DNA of 64,000 nucleotides, from NCBI GenBank assembly GCA_028707635.1, contig JAQWAQ010000003.1:804-64803 (forward strand), given 5' to 3'. The notes beneath the pieces were generated by a model. That model saw nothing but the letters and a program-made list of their open reading frames with translations. It ran no database searches and was not told where the DNA came from. Both the position numbers and the translations under genes were made by a program. Positions 9,281-18,533 of this stretch are shown piece by piece (position 1 is the stretch's first letter; the number at the start of each line of letters is the position of its first letter). This DNA comes from Negativicutes bacterium. GTDB taxonomy: Bacteria > Bacillota > Negativicutes > JAAYSF01.

Positions 9281-9877
9281 GTGACCTATTATCGAATACT
9301 TTCCTTACTTATTCTAGCAGCAGCTCCCCTCATGGCCACTTGGATTCCCGAGCAATGGGGCTGGGAGAACAGTGTCGTGGAATGGCTGCAGGTCACCGTT
9401 CTCGCGCTCGGTCTGTTTCTCTCCTGGAAAAAACCCAGCGGTTCTTTTGGGTTGTTTACCACACCGATTTGGCTGATTTTGATCGGACGGGAGCTCAGTT
9501 GGGGCCGGGTCTTCTTTCCACTGGGCATTGATGCGCACGGACCTTACTTTCCCGCGCTCAAGCAGCTTTGGTACGGATCGGCTGTGTATCCGATCATAGC
9601 CATACTCTTACTCGGCTGGATTTTCGCCATTATCAAATATAAATTATATAAAATTCCTGTCACTATGATAAAAAACAAAACTTTCCCCTGGATCAATCTT
9701 GCCGTCACGTTTCTAGCTGTGGCAACTACCCATGTTGCAGAACGGATACTGCATATGCAAAAGGTTGAGGAAATCGCCGAAACAATCGTATACGTCGGCT
9801 TCATCGTTCTTGCTTTACAAATAAAACAGGCTGTACTCAAGCCGAAAAACAACAAAAAGTACCTTGTCAATCAATGA
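9281..9877 (+). CDS. hypothetical multi-pass membrane protein
   Basis: GTG start with RBS AAAGGAG; about 5 hydrophobic segments; ENSVVEWLQ and GRELSWGR motifs. Confidence 0.75.
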   Translation: MTYYRILSLLILAAAPLMATWIPEQWGWENSVVEWLQVTVLALGLFLSWKKPSGSFGLFTTPIWLILIGRELSWGRVFFPLGIDAHGPYFPALKQLWYGSAVYPIIAILLLGWIFAIIKYKLYKIPVTMIKNKTFPWINLAVTFLAVATTHVAERILHMQKVEEIAETIVYVGFIVLALQIKQAVLKPKNNKKYLVNQ

Positions 9878-9920
9878 CTTGGTACTTTTTTCATTTTTCT
9901 TATCCTCGCCAGCAGATTCT
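9854..9920 (+). repeat. degenerate direct-repeat copy 1 (terminator hairpin plus remnant of a manC-like 3' end)
   Basis: AAAAAGTACCTTGTCAATCAATGACTTGGTACTTTTTTCATTTTTCTTATCCTCGCC aligns with 10469 onward. Confidence 0.7.
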
Positions 9921-9944
9921 TTTGAAATTATTTAACTTAGTTAG

Positions 9945-9979
9945 TGTAATTTTTGTAGCAATGTGATACAATAATTACA
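9945..9979. promoter_or_regulatory. palindromic operator overlapping the TA promoter
   Basis: TGTAATT-T-TTGTA-N9-TACAA-T-AATTACA covering the extended -10 TGATACAAT. Confidence 0.55.
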
Positions 9980-9991
9980 GGAGGTGTTTTC

Positions 9992-10207
9992 ATGAGTATT
10001 GCGATTAGAATTGATGAAGAACTTTATGAAGAAGCCAAGAAAACTGCAGCTGCCGAATTTCGTACAGTACCCTTGCAGGTTGCTTTTTGGGCTAAAATTG
10101 GCAAAGTTGCGCTAGAAAATCCGGATCTACCTATTGAATTCATCAGGGATATACTCATTGCCAAAACACAGAAGAAATCCGAACCATTTGAATTTATTGA
10201 GCCATGA
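9992..10207 (+). CDS. type II TA antitoxin, ParD-like (RHH)
   Basis: MSIAIRIDEELYEEAK...QVAFWAKIGKVALENPDLPIEFI; RBS GGAGGTG; overlaps the toxin start. Confidence 0.8.
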   Translation: MSIAIRIDEELYEEAKKTAAAEFRTVPLQVAFWAKIGKVALENPDLPIEFIRDILIAKTQKKSEPFEFIEP

Positions 10208-10457
10208 TGCATATAGAGCAAGAATCTACATTTAAACGGACATACAAAAAACTCTACAAAAATCAACTTGCTGAAGTCAATAAGGCCATTAGAGCAATCA
10301 TGGCTGATCCAACAATCGGCGAAGAAAAAAAAGGCGATTTAGCCGGTGTCCGCGTCTATAAGTTTTATGTTGACAACAAAATGTACCTCCTGGCTTACGA
10401 AGTAAACGAAACAATTATGCTCATGGCATTAGGCTCTACCGCGACCTGAAAAAGTGA
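10204..10457 (+). pseudogene. RelE/ParE-family toxin with a C-terminal frameshift deletion
   Basis: IGEEKKGDLAGVRVYKF, LAYEV...ALGS, then a premature TGA at 10447-49; YRDLKK* continues in another frame to 10457. Confidence 0.7.
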
Positions 10458-10468
10458 TTCCCACTGTC

Positions 10469-10505
10469 AAACAGTACCAAGTCGATCAATGACTTGGTAC
10501 TGTTT
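10469..10505. terminator. bidirectional terminator (direct-repeat copy 2)
   Basis: Perfect 15-bp stem AAACAGTACCAAGTC-gatcaat-GACTTGGTACTGTTT between the convergent toxin and manC. Confidence 0.8.
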
Positions 10506-10514
10506 TCATTTTCC

Positions 10515-11897
10515 TTATGCGCGCCCGTAAATATCCTCAAACCGCACTATATCATCTTCCCCAAGATAATCCCCATTCTGCACCTCAATGATCTCAAGCG
10601 GCACTCTGCCGGGGTTCTCCAGGCGATGCTTGGTCGATACCGGGATGAAAACACTTTCATTTTTGTTGACCATCTGCTCATTCTCACCAATCGTCACTTT
10701 AGCCGTCCCGCCAATGACCACCCAATGCTCGCTGCGCTGGTAATGAAGCTGGAGACTCAGCTGCTGACCGGGACTTACGGCAATCTTCTTCATTTTGTAC
10801 CCCGGCCCTTCGCCCAGCACAGTGTAGCTGCCCCATGGGCGGTACATAGTTGTATGTTCGTCTGCCTCACGGCGGCCGCGTTTTTTTAATTCACCGACTA
10901 AGTCTTTAACCTTTTGCGATTCGCCTTTTTTCGCAACAAGAATGACATCATCAGTCTCAACAACCAGCAAATCTTCGAGTCCGACACCGGCGATTAACCG
11001 GCTGCGCCCCAGCATAAGATTGTTTTTGCAATCGAGCGTCATACAGTCGCCCATAAGCGCATTGCCCACAGAATCCTTATCCATCACTTCATAGATTGCA
11101 TCCCAAGAACCAATATCATTCCAATACGCCCGGAGCGGAATGACCACAACCTTTTTAGACTTTTCTGCCACCGCATAATCAAAAGATATATTCGGCATCG
11201 CCTCAAAGTTCGCTATTGTATCAGCCAGATTTGTATCAACCAAGTTAAAAATGTCCGGCTGATAACATTCCAACTCTTTTAGAACACACCCGATTTTTAC
11301 AGCAAACATCCCTGCGTTCCAATAGTAATTTCCTGACGCAAGATACTTTTCCGCTGTAACATAGTCTGGCTTCTCGCGAAACAGTTCAACAGCATATCCC
11401 TTTTTGTAAGGCTGGCCGATTTGGATATAGCCAAAACTTGTTTCCGGCTTAACAGGCTTTACGCCAAAAGTAACAATTTTGCCGTCTGCGGCTAACTCGA
11501 GTGCATCACGCACTGTCTCGCCAAACTGTTCCTCTGACCGCATAATCGTATCCGATGGAGTGATAACTAAGGTCTCATCCTCGCTTACCATCAACTCATC
11601 CAAACAATACCGGGCTGCTAAAGCGATAGCGGGAGCCGTATTTCGCCCCACCGGTTCGAGCAAGATATGCACACCTTCAGCACCACAATCAGCCAATTCG
11701 GCCTGTACATGATGGTAATAATCCTTGTTCGTCACAATGACGATATCCGACGCAGCCACCAGTGCCAAAAACCGCAGTACGGTCTGCCCCAATAACGAAT
11801 GCCGTCCTTCTATTCTCAAAAACTGTTTGGGAAAGCAGCTGCGCGACAAGGGAAATAACCGCGTCCCGCCCCCACCTGCCAGGATAATTACTTTCAT
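10515..11897 (-). CDS. manC: mannose-1-phosphate guanylyltransferase / mannose-6-phosphate isomerase
   Basis: ILAGGGGTRLFPLSR..PKQF, EPVGRNTAPA, WNDIGSW, C-terminal cupin RPWG..LSLQLHYQRSEHW. Confidence 0.95.
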   Translation of the reverse strand: MKVIILAGGGGTRLFPLSRSCFPKQFLRIEGRHSLLGQTVLRFLALVAASDIVIVTNKDYYHHVQAELADCGAEGVHILLEPVGRNTAPAIALAARYCLDELMVSEDETLVITPSDTIMRSEEQFGETVRDALELAADGKIVTFGVKPVKPETSFGYIQIGQPYKKGYAVELFREKPDYVTAEKYLASGNYYWNAGMFAVKIGCVLKELECYQPDIFNLVDTNLADTIANFEAMPNISFDYAVAEKSKKVVVIPLRAYWNDIGSWDAIYEVMDKDSVGNALMGDCMTLDCKNNLMLGRSRLIAGVGLEDLLVVETDDVILVAKKGESQKVKDLVGELKKRGRREADEHTTMYRPWGSYTVLGEGPGYKMKKIAVSPGQQLSLQLHYQRSEHWVVIGGTAKVTIGENEQMVNKNESVFIPVSTKHRLENPGRVPLEIIEVQNGDYLGEDDIVRFEDIYGRA

Positions 11898-11959
11898 GAA
11901 ATGCGTCTCCTTATCCGAATTACAATAACCTGCACATTATTCCTATATTATATCACATT

Positions 11960-12352
11960 GTCTCCATCAACAATCACTCGAAACAACCTCCGGCTCTCAA
12001 GAATATTATAAAAGCCGATAACATTGCTTTGAGTATAGGCATCCAGATTATCGATAGAATACCGCACCTCTGCCTGATCTGCGAAATTGATTACGATATT
12101 GGGCTTGTACGCTTCAAAAGTCTGCGTAATTACAGACTTATCAGCAATATCCTCCTTGATAAAGGTGAATTTCCCAAAGGGGTTGTTGCTCCAAGCGAGC
12201 ATACTTAAGCTTCACATCATAATAATCATTTATATTATCAATACCAATCACCCGGCAGCCCTGTTCCAGCAGTTTCAGTATCCGATAAAACCTGCTGCGC
12301 CAGTAATGAGGTAGGTTTTAGATCTATCCAAAGATTTATAGGTTGGTTTCAT
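11960..12352 (-). pseudogene. NAD-dependent epimerase (UDP-glucuronate 4-epimerase-like), frameshifted and 3'-truncated
   Basis: ATG 12352: TYLITGAAGFIGY then frameshift; GCRVIGIDNINDYYDVKLKYARL; FTFIKEDIADK; AEVRYSIDN..SNVIGFYNILE, then the homology ends. Confidence 0.85.
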
Positions 12353-12379
12353 CTGCCTGTTCTCTCCCCCTTTTAGATT

Positions 12380-12716
12380 TTACTTTCTCCCGATAGAGTA
12401 ATATTCTACTCCCGCCGCTTTCATTGCTTCAGTTCCATAGAATATTCCTTCCATCATAAACCAAAGGAGTTCGCATAAACTTCTTATAAGTTTCTGGTTT
12501 CACAGCTTTTATCTCGCCCCACTCGGTAAAGATAAAGCAAACATTAGCGCCTTCTAAAGCTTCCTTCACGTTATCAACGTACTTTATGCTTCCCCTGTCG
12601 TTTTTACCTTCAGGATATTTTTTCTTGGAGGCATCTGTACCGACAGGGTCATGTGCCCAAATATCCGCCCCCTACGCCAATAATAAAGGTGCGTTTTCAA
12701 GTAATGCGCTTCGCAA
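12380..12716 (-). pseudogene. ugd: C-terminal remnant of UDP-glucose 6-dehydrogenase
   Basis: Hand translation: LLA*GADIWAHDPVG...EALEGANVCFIFTEWGEIK...PLVYDGRNI / AGVEYYSIGRK*; internal stop and frameshift; the 5' part is missing next to the IS. Confidence 0.75.
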
Positions 12717-12837
12717 GAATTACTTCTTGTGCGAAGTGGCAATGATCTCCGATTTAATGGATTGATAGTGGCTATTCTTGGGTGTAAGCGGTCAAGTACT
12801 TTTTTAAAAAAACGGCCATTAATTTTGACCTCGTCCA

Positions 12838-13270
12838 ATATAACTAAGTCGGCATTTAATAATTGTTTGACTCGCCGTTGGCTGCGTTGGAGCATAGTCT
12901 GTGTCTTTAATATATTTAGCAATTCAAGATGGCTTTTACCGATACCAGGCGGCCCTAAATAAATAATGTTATACGCATCTTTAAGCCAGTGCATTTCCTT
13001 TAGTGTATCTATCTGGCATTTAGAAACAGACGTCTGGAAGCCAAAATCGAAGCTTTCAAGAAGTCCCTGATAAGGGAACTTGGCTTGTTTCATGCGTATA
13101 TCCAGCGATTTCTTCTGCCTAGCTGTTACTTCGGTTTCCAGACATTACTTAAGAAATTCGGGATATGCCGGTTGCTCCTTAACTGCTTGATTAAATAATT
13201 GTGGTAAAGCCTTTTTAAATTCGCCCATATGTAGTTCGGTCAACATCGCAGCAAATTCGGTTCCTGTAAA
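12838..13270 (-). pseudogene. istB: IS21 helper ATPase IstB fragment
   Basis: AKFPY..LESFDFGFQ, LGPPGIGKSH fused by deletion to ADLVILDE; in-frame stop upstream. Confidence 0.8.
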
Positions 13271-13274
13271 ATCC

Positions 13275-14210
13275 CTCAAGTAGTTTTATTGAAGGTATCG
13301 GCTGAAGGTGCTGTTTTTCTAGGGCATGCACTTTCGCCGGTACTTTTTTTGTTGTGCCATGCTCTTTGGCATTACCTGTTCGATCCAGCCAGTCAAGCTG
13401 CGCCTGATTTCAATCTTGCAACGTAGTGAACAGTCGGTGTTTGGCGAAATTGTATTTTACGTACTTTACAGTGGACTCAACCTTGCCTTTAGACCCAGGG
13501 TCACCCTTACGACATAGGTACACTTTAAAGCGCAAAGTTTGTTTAAGTCTTTCAAATTCTTCAGTATATAAAATATCACCGTGATTTTCGCTAACAGCTA
13601 CAAGTTTATCCTGATCGAATACTAATTCTTGTGGCATTCCGCAGATATATTCAAAACAACGTCGCAGCATGGCGGTTAATCGGGCTGTGGTAAAGGGTTG
13701 ATCACTCCATTCGGCATATTTAAATCGTGAATGGGCTAGAACCGGCGCCATACAGTATACTTTTCGCTTGCGACCACCGGAAGTAGGAACGGTAATCTCA
13801 CCGAAGTCAACCTTCATTTGCTGTCCGGAAGACAGCTCATCAACAGCTTCACATTGGTGGTATGCAACGCTTTTTTGTAAGCCATGAGCTTTTCTTAATG
13901 CCGCTACATACCTGCGTACAGTACGTTCACGAAAGCAACTAAATGGATAAAGTTCTTTTAACCAGTCATGAATTTGAGCCGAACTTAAATCAGGATACTG
14001 TTTTAACCGAGCCAGAATCTGTGCTTGATATTTGTCTAGCTTGCTTGATCGGCGCTAGTTTTTTGCCTCATCTCCGCAAACCCTTGCGGATCAATATCCC
14101 AGTATTTGATAATCGTCTTGATATCCAAATCCTAGATTCCGTGCAGTTTGTGATTTGTTCAATCCTTCAGATTTTAATTACTGGATTTCACTATACATTG
14201 GCCACCTCAA
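13275..14210 (-). pseudogene. istA: IS21 transposase IstA fragment
   Basis: HTH N-terminus with a stop and frameshifts; QMKVDFGE, ELVFDQDK, DPGSKGKVESTVKYVK. Confidence 0.85.
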
Positions 14211-14483
14211 CGTTCTGTCTACCCCCTTTCTGACGCTCTAAACAAGCCAGAAAAAACTTCGACGCTTTGGGTTTTATTCCATTTTTAATGGCCAATTTTG
14301 TTCCCTTTTATTTGACCGCTTACACCTTGCTATTCAAAGCTTCCGCACGGCTGCACTTTAACATCCCAGCCATTAATAAATAGGAGCGGCACATTAGGCT
14401 GCGCCCGGCTCTCATTAATAATTTGCCTAAGCATCTTCCTTAAGCCTAGAAATTCATAAACCTTATATAAAAATGCCTCCAAA

Positions 14484-15518
14484 TCATAGTTCATCAAATG
14501 ATGTCAAAAAGTATGAACGGCGATCATCTTGATTTAACAGCAAAAATTCTGCAAATATATTGCTGAATTTATCTGCTCCAATATTGTTAAGATGGCTTTT
14601 ATCTCGAAAATACGAATTTGGAAATTTAGCTATATCAGGTTTTAGCAAGCAAAAATCATAATATTCTAGGCCTTCTTCCTCCGCGAGCCGGGCAAAGAAA
14701 TCATGTGCTTGCTGATAATTTCCAGTGTCGGCAAGTAATGACTTTGGCATGGGGGCAGTAACCAAGACAAGCTCTATATTCTCCTGCTTACAGATTTCTA
14801 TAATTTTTTGTAAATAAAAAAAACCTTCCTCGTTTTTATTCTTGTCGTCCCAGACCGATAAAGGTCTAGCCATTTCTGCGTCCCCGGCCTGATAAGAAGA
14901 AACAACAAAGCCTTTTATGCCATAGGTAAAATAGCCTGATTGAAATGGAAGATATCTTCGATAAGTGGCGTTCATCTTTTCCGCTAGAGTATTCTTCATA
15001 TATCTAAAGTTAAATTTGCTTCTGTATCTGTAACTGTGAAAAAAAACATCGGCGTAATTGTCCGGCTTAAATGCATGAAAAAAATACTCCATTTTATTTT
15101 GCGAAGGAGCAAAGTAATCATAAATAACCAAGCTTGTCATAACATGGTTTTGACTCAATTCGGACGCAAGAAATACAGGATATGTAATCTCATATATTAT
15201 CTGTTTCGGTTTATAAATACTTAACAACTCTTTGATGATATAGTAGCTGTCTTGAGGAGTTTGATTTGAAGAGCCCAAATTAAAAGAATTGATGCCCAAC
15301 TTACTGTCAAATATTGCGGGATCAAATGATTGGTAAGTATGGGAAGCGCCGACGAAAGCAATATCTATGTTTTTTTCCTGTGCGTAAAAATCGTGCATTG
15401 TCCATCGGGTAAAACCATATGCCGGAATCAGCAAAAACGCCAGGATTCTTTCGATAATGAAAAAACCGACTAAAAAGACAGTCAGGCGAATAAAAAATTT
15501 TCTATTAGAACTGTGCAT
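14484..15518 (-). CDS. membrane-anchored SGNH/DltD-like acyltransferase
   Basis: N-terminal TM; FVGASH (catalytic Ser), NLGSSNQ, FRDKSHLN (D-x-x-H); overlaps the MBOAT gene. Confidence 0.75.
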   Translation of the reverse strand: MHSSNRKFFIRLTVFLVGFFIIERILAFLLIPAYGFTRWTMHDFYAQEKNIDIAFVGASHTYQSFDPAIFDSKLGINSFNLGSSNQTPQDSYYIIKELLSIYKPKQIIYEITYPVFLASELSQNHVMTSLVIYDYFAPSQNKMEYFFHAFKPDNYADVFFHSYRYRSKFNFRYMKNTLAEKMNATYRRYLPFQSGYFTYGIKGFVVSSYQAGDAEMARPLSVWDDKNKNEEGFFYLQKIIEICKQENIELVLVTAPMPKSLLADTGNYQQAHDFFARLAEEEGLEYYDFCLLKPDIAKFPNSYFRDKSHLNNIGADKFSNIFAEFLLLNQDDRRSYFLTSFDEL

Positions 15519-16932
15519 ACAGAAACCCCTTTACAATATCAGAACCCTGGACTTGCAGCAACATAATTACGAATATAGCCGCATAGCATACACCGCATCG
15601 TACGATAAATGGAAGATAAGCATACTTCTGGAAATATTTTTCCCGGTCAAGTTCAATGCCGTGTGAGAACAGAGTAATCGCCATACCAACGGCCAAAAGA
15701 AGCAAAAACTTTCCACCCAGTCCAAACGCCAACGACCAGGTGGTAGGGTAAAAAACATATTTGCAGATAATAACCCATGCATCGTGAGCGCTTCCGGCTC
15801 TTATAAAAATAATTAATATGGTGTTAATAAGCATCGTCAACGAGATGCCTAAAACTGTAAACACAACTGGCGGCAATTCCTTTTTTAACTTTTTACGTTT
15901 CTTCGCAAAAAGAGCCTCGGCCGCGACAACAGATCCCATAAAGAGACCCCATAGGAAAGCCGCGACTGAAACCTTGTGCCACAAGCCGCTAAGAACTAAC
16001 GTAATGATTGCCGCAAAAACCGAGGCATAGATGCCATATGCTCGCCAAGCAAACTGGAGAGGAGCAAAGACATAGTCGGAGAGCCAACTTGATAAGCTCA
16101 TATGCCAAGCTCTCCAATACTCTGAAATCGTTTGCTGGAAGAAAGGCGCCTTGAAATTGTGCTTAACTTTATAACCTAAAATCTCACATATACCGACCGA
16201 AATATCCGTATAGGCCGAGAAGTCAAGATACAGTTGAATTAGATATGCAAATGCAACAATCAACCAGCTTAATCCATTGCTCACACTCATATCAGTAAAA
16301 ATTGGAGTAATAGCAAGAGCAAGTCTGTCGGCGATTACTAATTTTTTGAAATATCCCCACAAAATCAACAAAAAACCGTTGCGGAAATTATCCGGGGAAA
16401 ACTGTTTCTCCTGCCTGATTTGCGGTAAAAATTCAATTGCCCGCGTTATAGGACCTGCTACAATTTCGGAAAATAAACAAAGATGCAACAACAAATAGTC
16501 ATAGCGTTTCTCCGGCTCTATTCGTTCAAAATATACGTCAATCAGATAACTCAGGCTCTTAAACATATAATAAGAAAAACCTAGAGGAAAAACAATTGAT
16601 GCGCTAATGCCAACCGGAGAAACCAATGCGTTTAAAAATTGATCGGGAAGCCTTGTATATTTAAGCAAAAAAAATCCAGCCATGATAATAGCTATACAGC
16701 TTATCATAAATACAAACTGCTTCTGCTTGTGTTGTTTTATCATAAGCCTTGCCGACAGATAAACAAATAGCGCGAACAGAACCATAAACAAAGGTGCCCA
16801 TTTCGCCCAGCAATAGTAAAAGAACAGACTTGCCAGAAGCAGTACAAAGGATTTAATTTTCTGAGGGACACAAAAGTATATGCTGAAAACCACAATTAAA
16901 AATAAAATAAAAGAGAATGACGTAAAGGACAT
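15505..16932 (-). CDS. MBOAT family O-acyltransferase (AlgI/DltB/PatA-like)
   Basis: PLGFSYYMFK, GPITRA, YLDFSAYTDI, WRAWHMSLSSWL, LSGLWH; C-terminal FLYAQF. Confidence 0.93.
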   Translation of the reverse strand: MSFTSFSFILFLIVVFSIYFCVPQKIKSFVLLLASLFFYYCWAKWAPLFMVLFALFVYLSARLMIKQHKQKQFVFMISCIAIIMAGFFLLKYTRLPDQFLNALVSPVGISASIVFPLGFSYYMFKSLSYLIDVYFERIEPEKRYDYLLLHLCLFSEIVAGPITRAIEFLPQIRQEKQFSPDNFRNGFLLILWGYFKKLVIADRLALAITPIFTDMSVSNGLSWLIVAFAYLIQLYLDFSAYTDISVGICEILGYKVKHNFKAPFFQQTISEYWRAWHMSLSSWLSDYVFAPLQFAWRAYGIYASVFAAIITLVLSGLWHKVSVAAFLWGLFMGSVVAAEALFAKKRKKLKKELPPVVFTVLGISLTMLINTILIIFIRAGSAHDAWVIICKYVFYPTTWSLAFGLGGKFLLLLAVGMAITLFSHGIELDREKYFQKYAYLPFIVRCGVCYAAIFVIMLLQVQGSDIVKGFLYAQF

Positions 16933-16961
16933 TTATCCTACCAACTTTTCATATTTTATGC

Positions 16962-17201
16962 TTAGATTTTGCGTTCAATAGCATCGGCCATTTCGCCGAC
17001 GTTGGCAAATCCGGAAACTTCCTTCATATCAAATTTAATATGAAAATGCTTTTCTATCGTAATGATAAGGGTAACATACGTCAAGCTGTCCCAATCCTCT
17101 ATATCGGCGGCGGTTGTGGACTCTTTTACGTGAATTGTTTCATCGTCAAAAACATCCTGAAAAATAAGGTTAAGATTCTTGAAAATTTCTTGTCTTGTCA
17201 T
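16962..17201 (-). CDS. acyl carrier protein
   Basis: WDSL phosphopantetheine site; ATG 17201 with RBS GGAGA. Confidence 0.9.
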   Translation of the reverse strand: MTRQEIFKNLNLIFQDVFDDETIHVKESTTAADIEDWDSLTYVTLIITIEKHFHIKFDMKEVSGFANVGEMADAIERKI

Positions 17202-17598
17202 TTTTCTTCTCCGTTTCAATAAGTTCTATCATCCCTGCGCTCTCATTTATAAGAAAACATACTTCCCTGTTGTCTATTGCGGGCGTTTTGAATGGCTCGC
17301 CTAATAAAACATAGTTGCGATCAACAAACTTCTGCGCTGTCTCCCGAATATTCTCAGTTTCATAGCAAATATGGTATGGGGCGTTTTTATAGCGCTTCAG
17401 TAGACGCCAAGCTGCGGATTCCGGATCAATCGGGCAAATTAACTCCACCATATAACCGCCATTTGAAACAAAACATATACTTTGGTGCATATCTTCATAG
17501 TATTTGCTTTCCTTGACAATTTCGTATCCCAAAAAAAGAAATTCTTCCAGCGCATCTTCTAATCTTTTAACCAAATATCCGATATGATGTATTCTCAT
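17170..17598 (-). CDS. VOC-family protein (methylmalonyl-CoA epimerase-like)
   Basis: IHHIGYLV, MVELICP, PYHICYET, MIELIE metal-ligand pattern. Confidence 0.85.
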   Translation of the reverse strand: MRIHHIGYLVKRLEDALEEFLFLGYEIVKESKYYEDMHQSICFVSNGGYMVELICPIDPESAAWRLLKRYKNAPYHICYETENIRETAQKFVDRNYVLLGEPFKTPAIDNREVCFLINESAGMIELIETEKKNDKTRNFQES

Positions 17599-17599
17599 A

Positions 17600-18520
17600 T
17601 TAGCTTGCCTTTCTCGCTAAAATGGAAACTGTGATCGGAAGCTTGCGCTTCAAACAAAATTCTAGGTTTTTGTTGCGGTATAAAAACAATTTCATCTCTA
17701 GAATAGTAAGACCATTTTCGCAGAATAGATTCGCAAGTTCGTCCGGACTCCTGAATAGTGAAATATGATCAATTGCAGGAGCGTTAATCGCAGTTGTTAT
17801 GTGTATGAGAGTTTTTTCGTGAGCCAGATCAGAGCATTTTTTTATAAACGCACCCGGGTTTTCTACATGTTCCAAAACTTCTCCGCATACTATTGCGTCA
17901 AAAGCATAAGCACCTGATTCCATAGTCAAAAAATCAAGTTTTTTAAGTTCATATTTTTGCGGCTGTGTCATTGAATGCCATCTAAGAAAGGATTGTACCA
18001 TATGTAAGCTGTCATCACTGATATCAATACCTACAAACCGTCCATAGTCAAAGCTTTGAACCGCTGTTTTAAAATAATATCCATGACCTACCCCAACCTC
18101 CAGATACAATTTCCCCTTAAAATTATGGAAAGATTGCAGAAAATATTTCCTCATAGCGGAGTGGTTTGGCCATACGAACAAAGACAAAAGAAGTCCGATC
18201 TGATAAGAACGCATATAGTGCGTATCCTTAGAGAGCATATATTCGTTCACTTCCTTATAGGTTGAGTACCTATATTTCCCGTGCTCAATAAAATATTTGC
18301 TCTCCTCCAAAGTATCATCATTGAAAATTTGATAGCAGTCTAGGATATCTCTTTCCGTCATACCGTAAACATCACAAATAAATTGAATGCAGGAATCAAA
18401 TTCTCGCTTTTCCTGTTCAGTCATACCGCTATAGAGTTCAGCGATATGGCTTTGAAAAGGGAAACGATCTAAAAGTTGGCCTATCATAGATTCCAAACGT
18501 GAAAAATCTGATATTCCCAT
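17600..18520 (-). CDS. class I SAM-dependent methyltransferase
   Basis: YLEVGVGHG motif I, GIDIS, CGEVLEHVENP. Confidence 0.85.
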   Translation of the reverse strand: MGISDFSRLESMIGQLLDRFPFQSHIAELYSGMTEQEKREFDSCIQFICDVYGMTERDILDCYQIFNDDTLEESKYFIEHGKYRYSTYKEVNEYMLSKDTHYMRSYQIGLLLSLFVWPNHSAMRKYFLQSFHNFKGKLYLEVGVGHGYYFKTAVQSFDYGRFVGIDISDDSLHMVQSFLRWHSMTQPQKYELKKLDFLTMESGAYAFDAIVCGEVLEHVENPGAFIKKCSDLAHEKTLIHITTAINAPAIDHISLFRSPDELANLFCENGLTILEMKLFLYRNKNLEFCLKRKLPITVSILARKAS

Positions 18521-18533
18521 TGGCTTCTTCTCC

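Larger units (their letters stand above)
12784..14324 (-). mobile_element. IS21-family element, internally deleted remnant (1541 bp)
   Basis: Terminal inverted repeats TGTAAGCGGTCAA...GGCCATTAA at 12784 (+) and 14324 (-); broken istA and istB inside. Confidence 0.85.

Noticed and set aside
12584-13093. 169-aa ORF as an intact gene
   Set aside because: Chimeric read-through of a deleted istB across the IS end into antisense/other-frame ugd remnant sequence
13943-14233. 96-aa plus-strand ORF
   Set aside because: Antisense to the istA remnant
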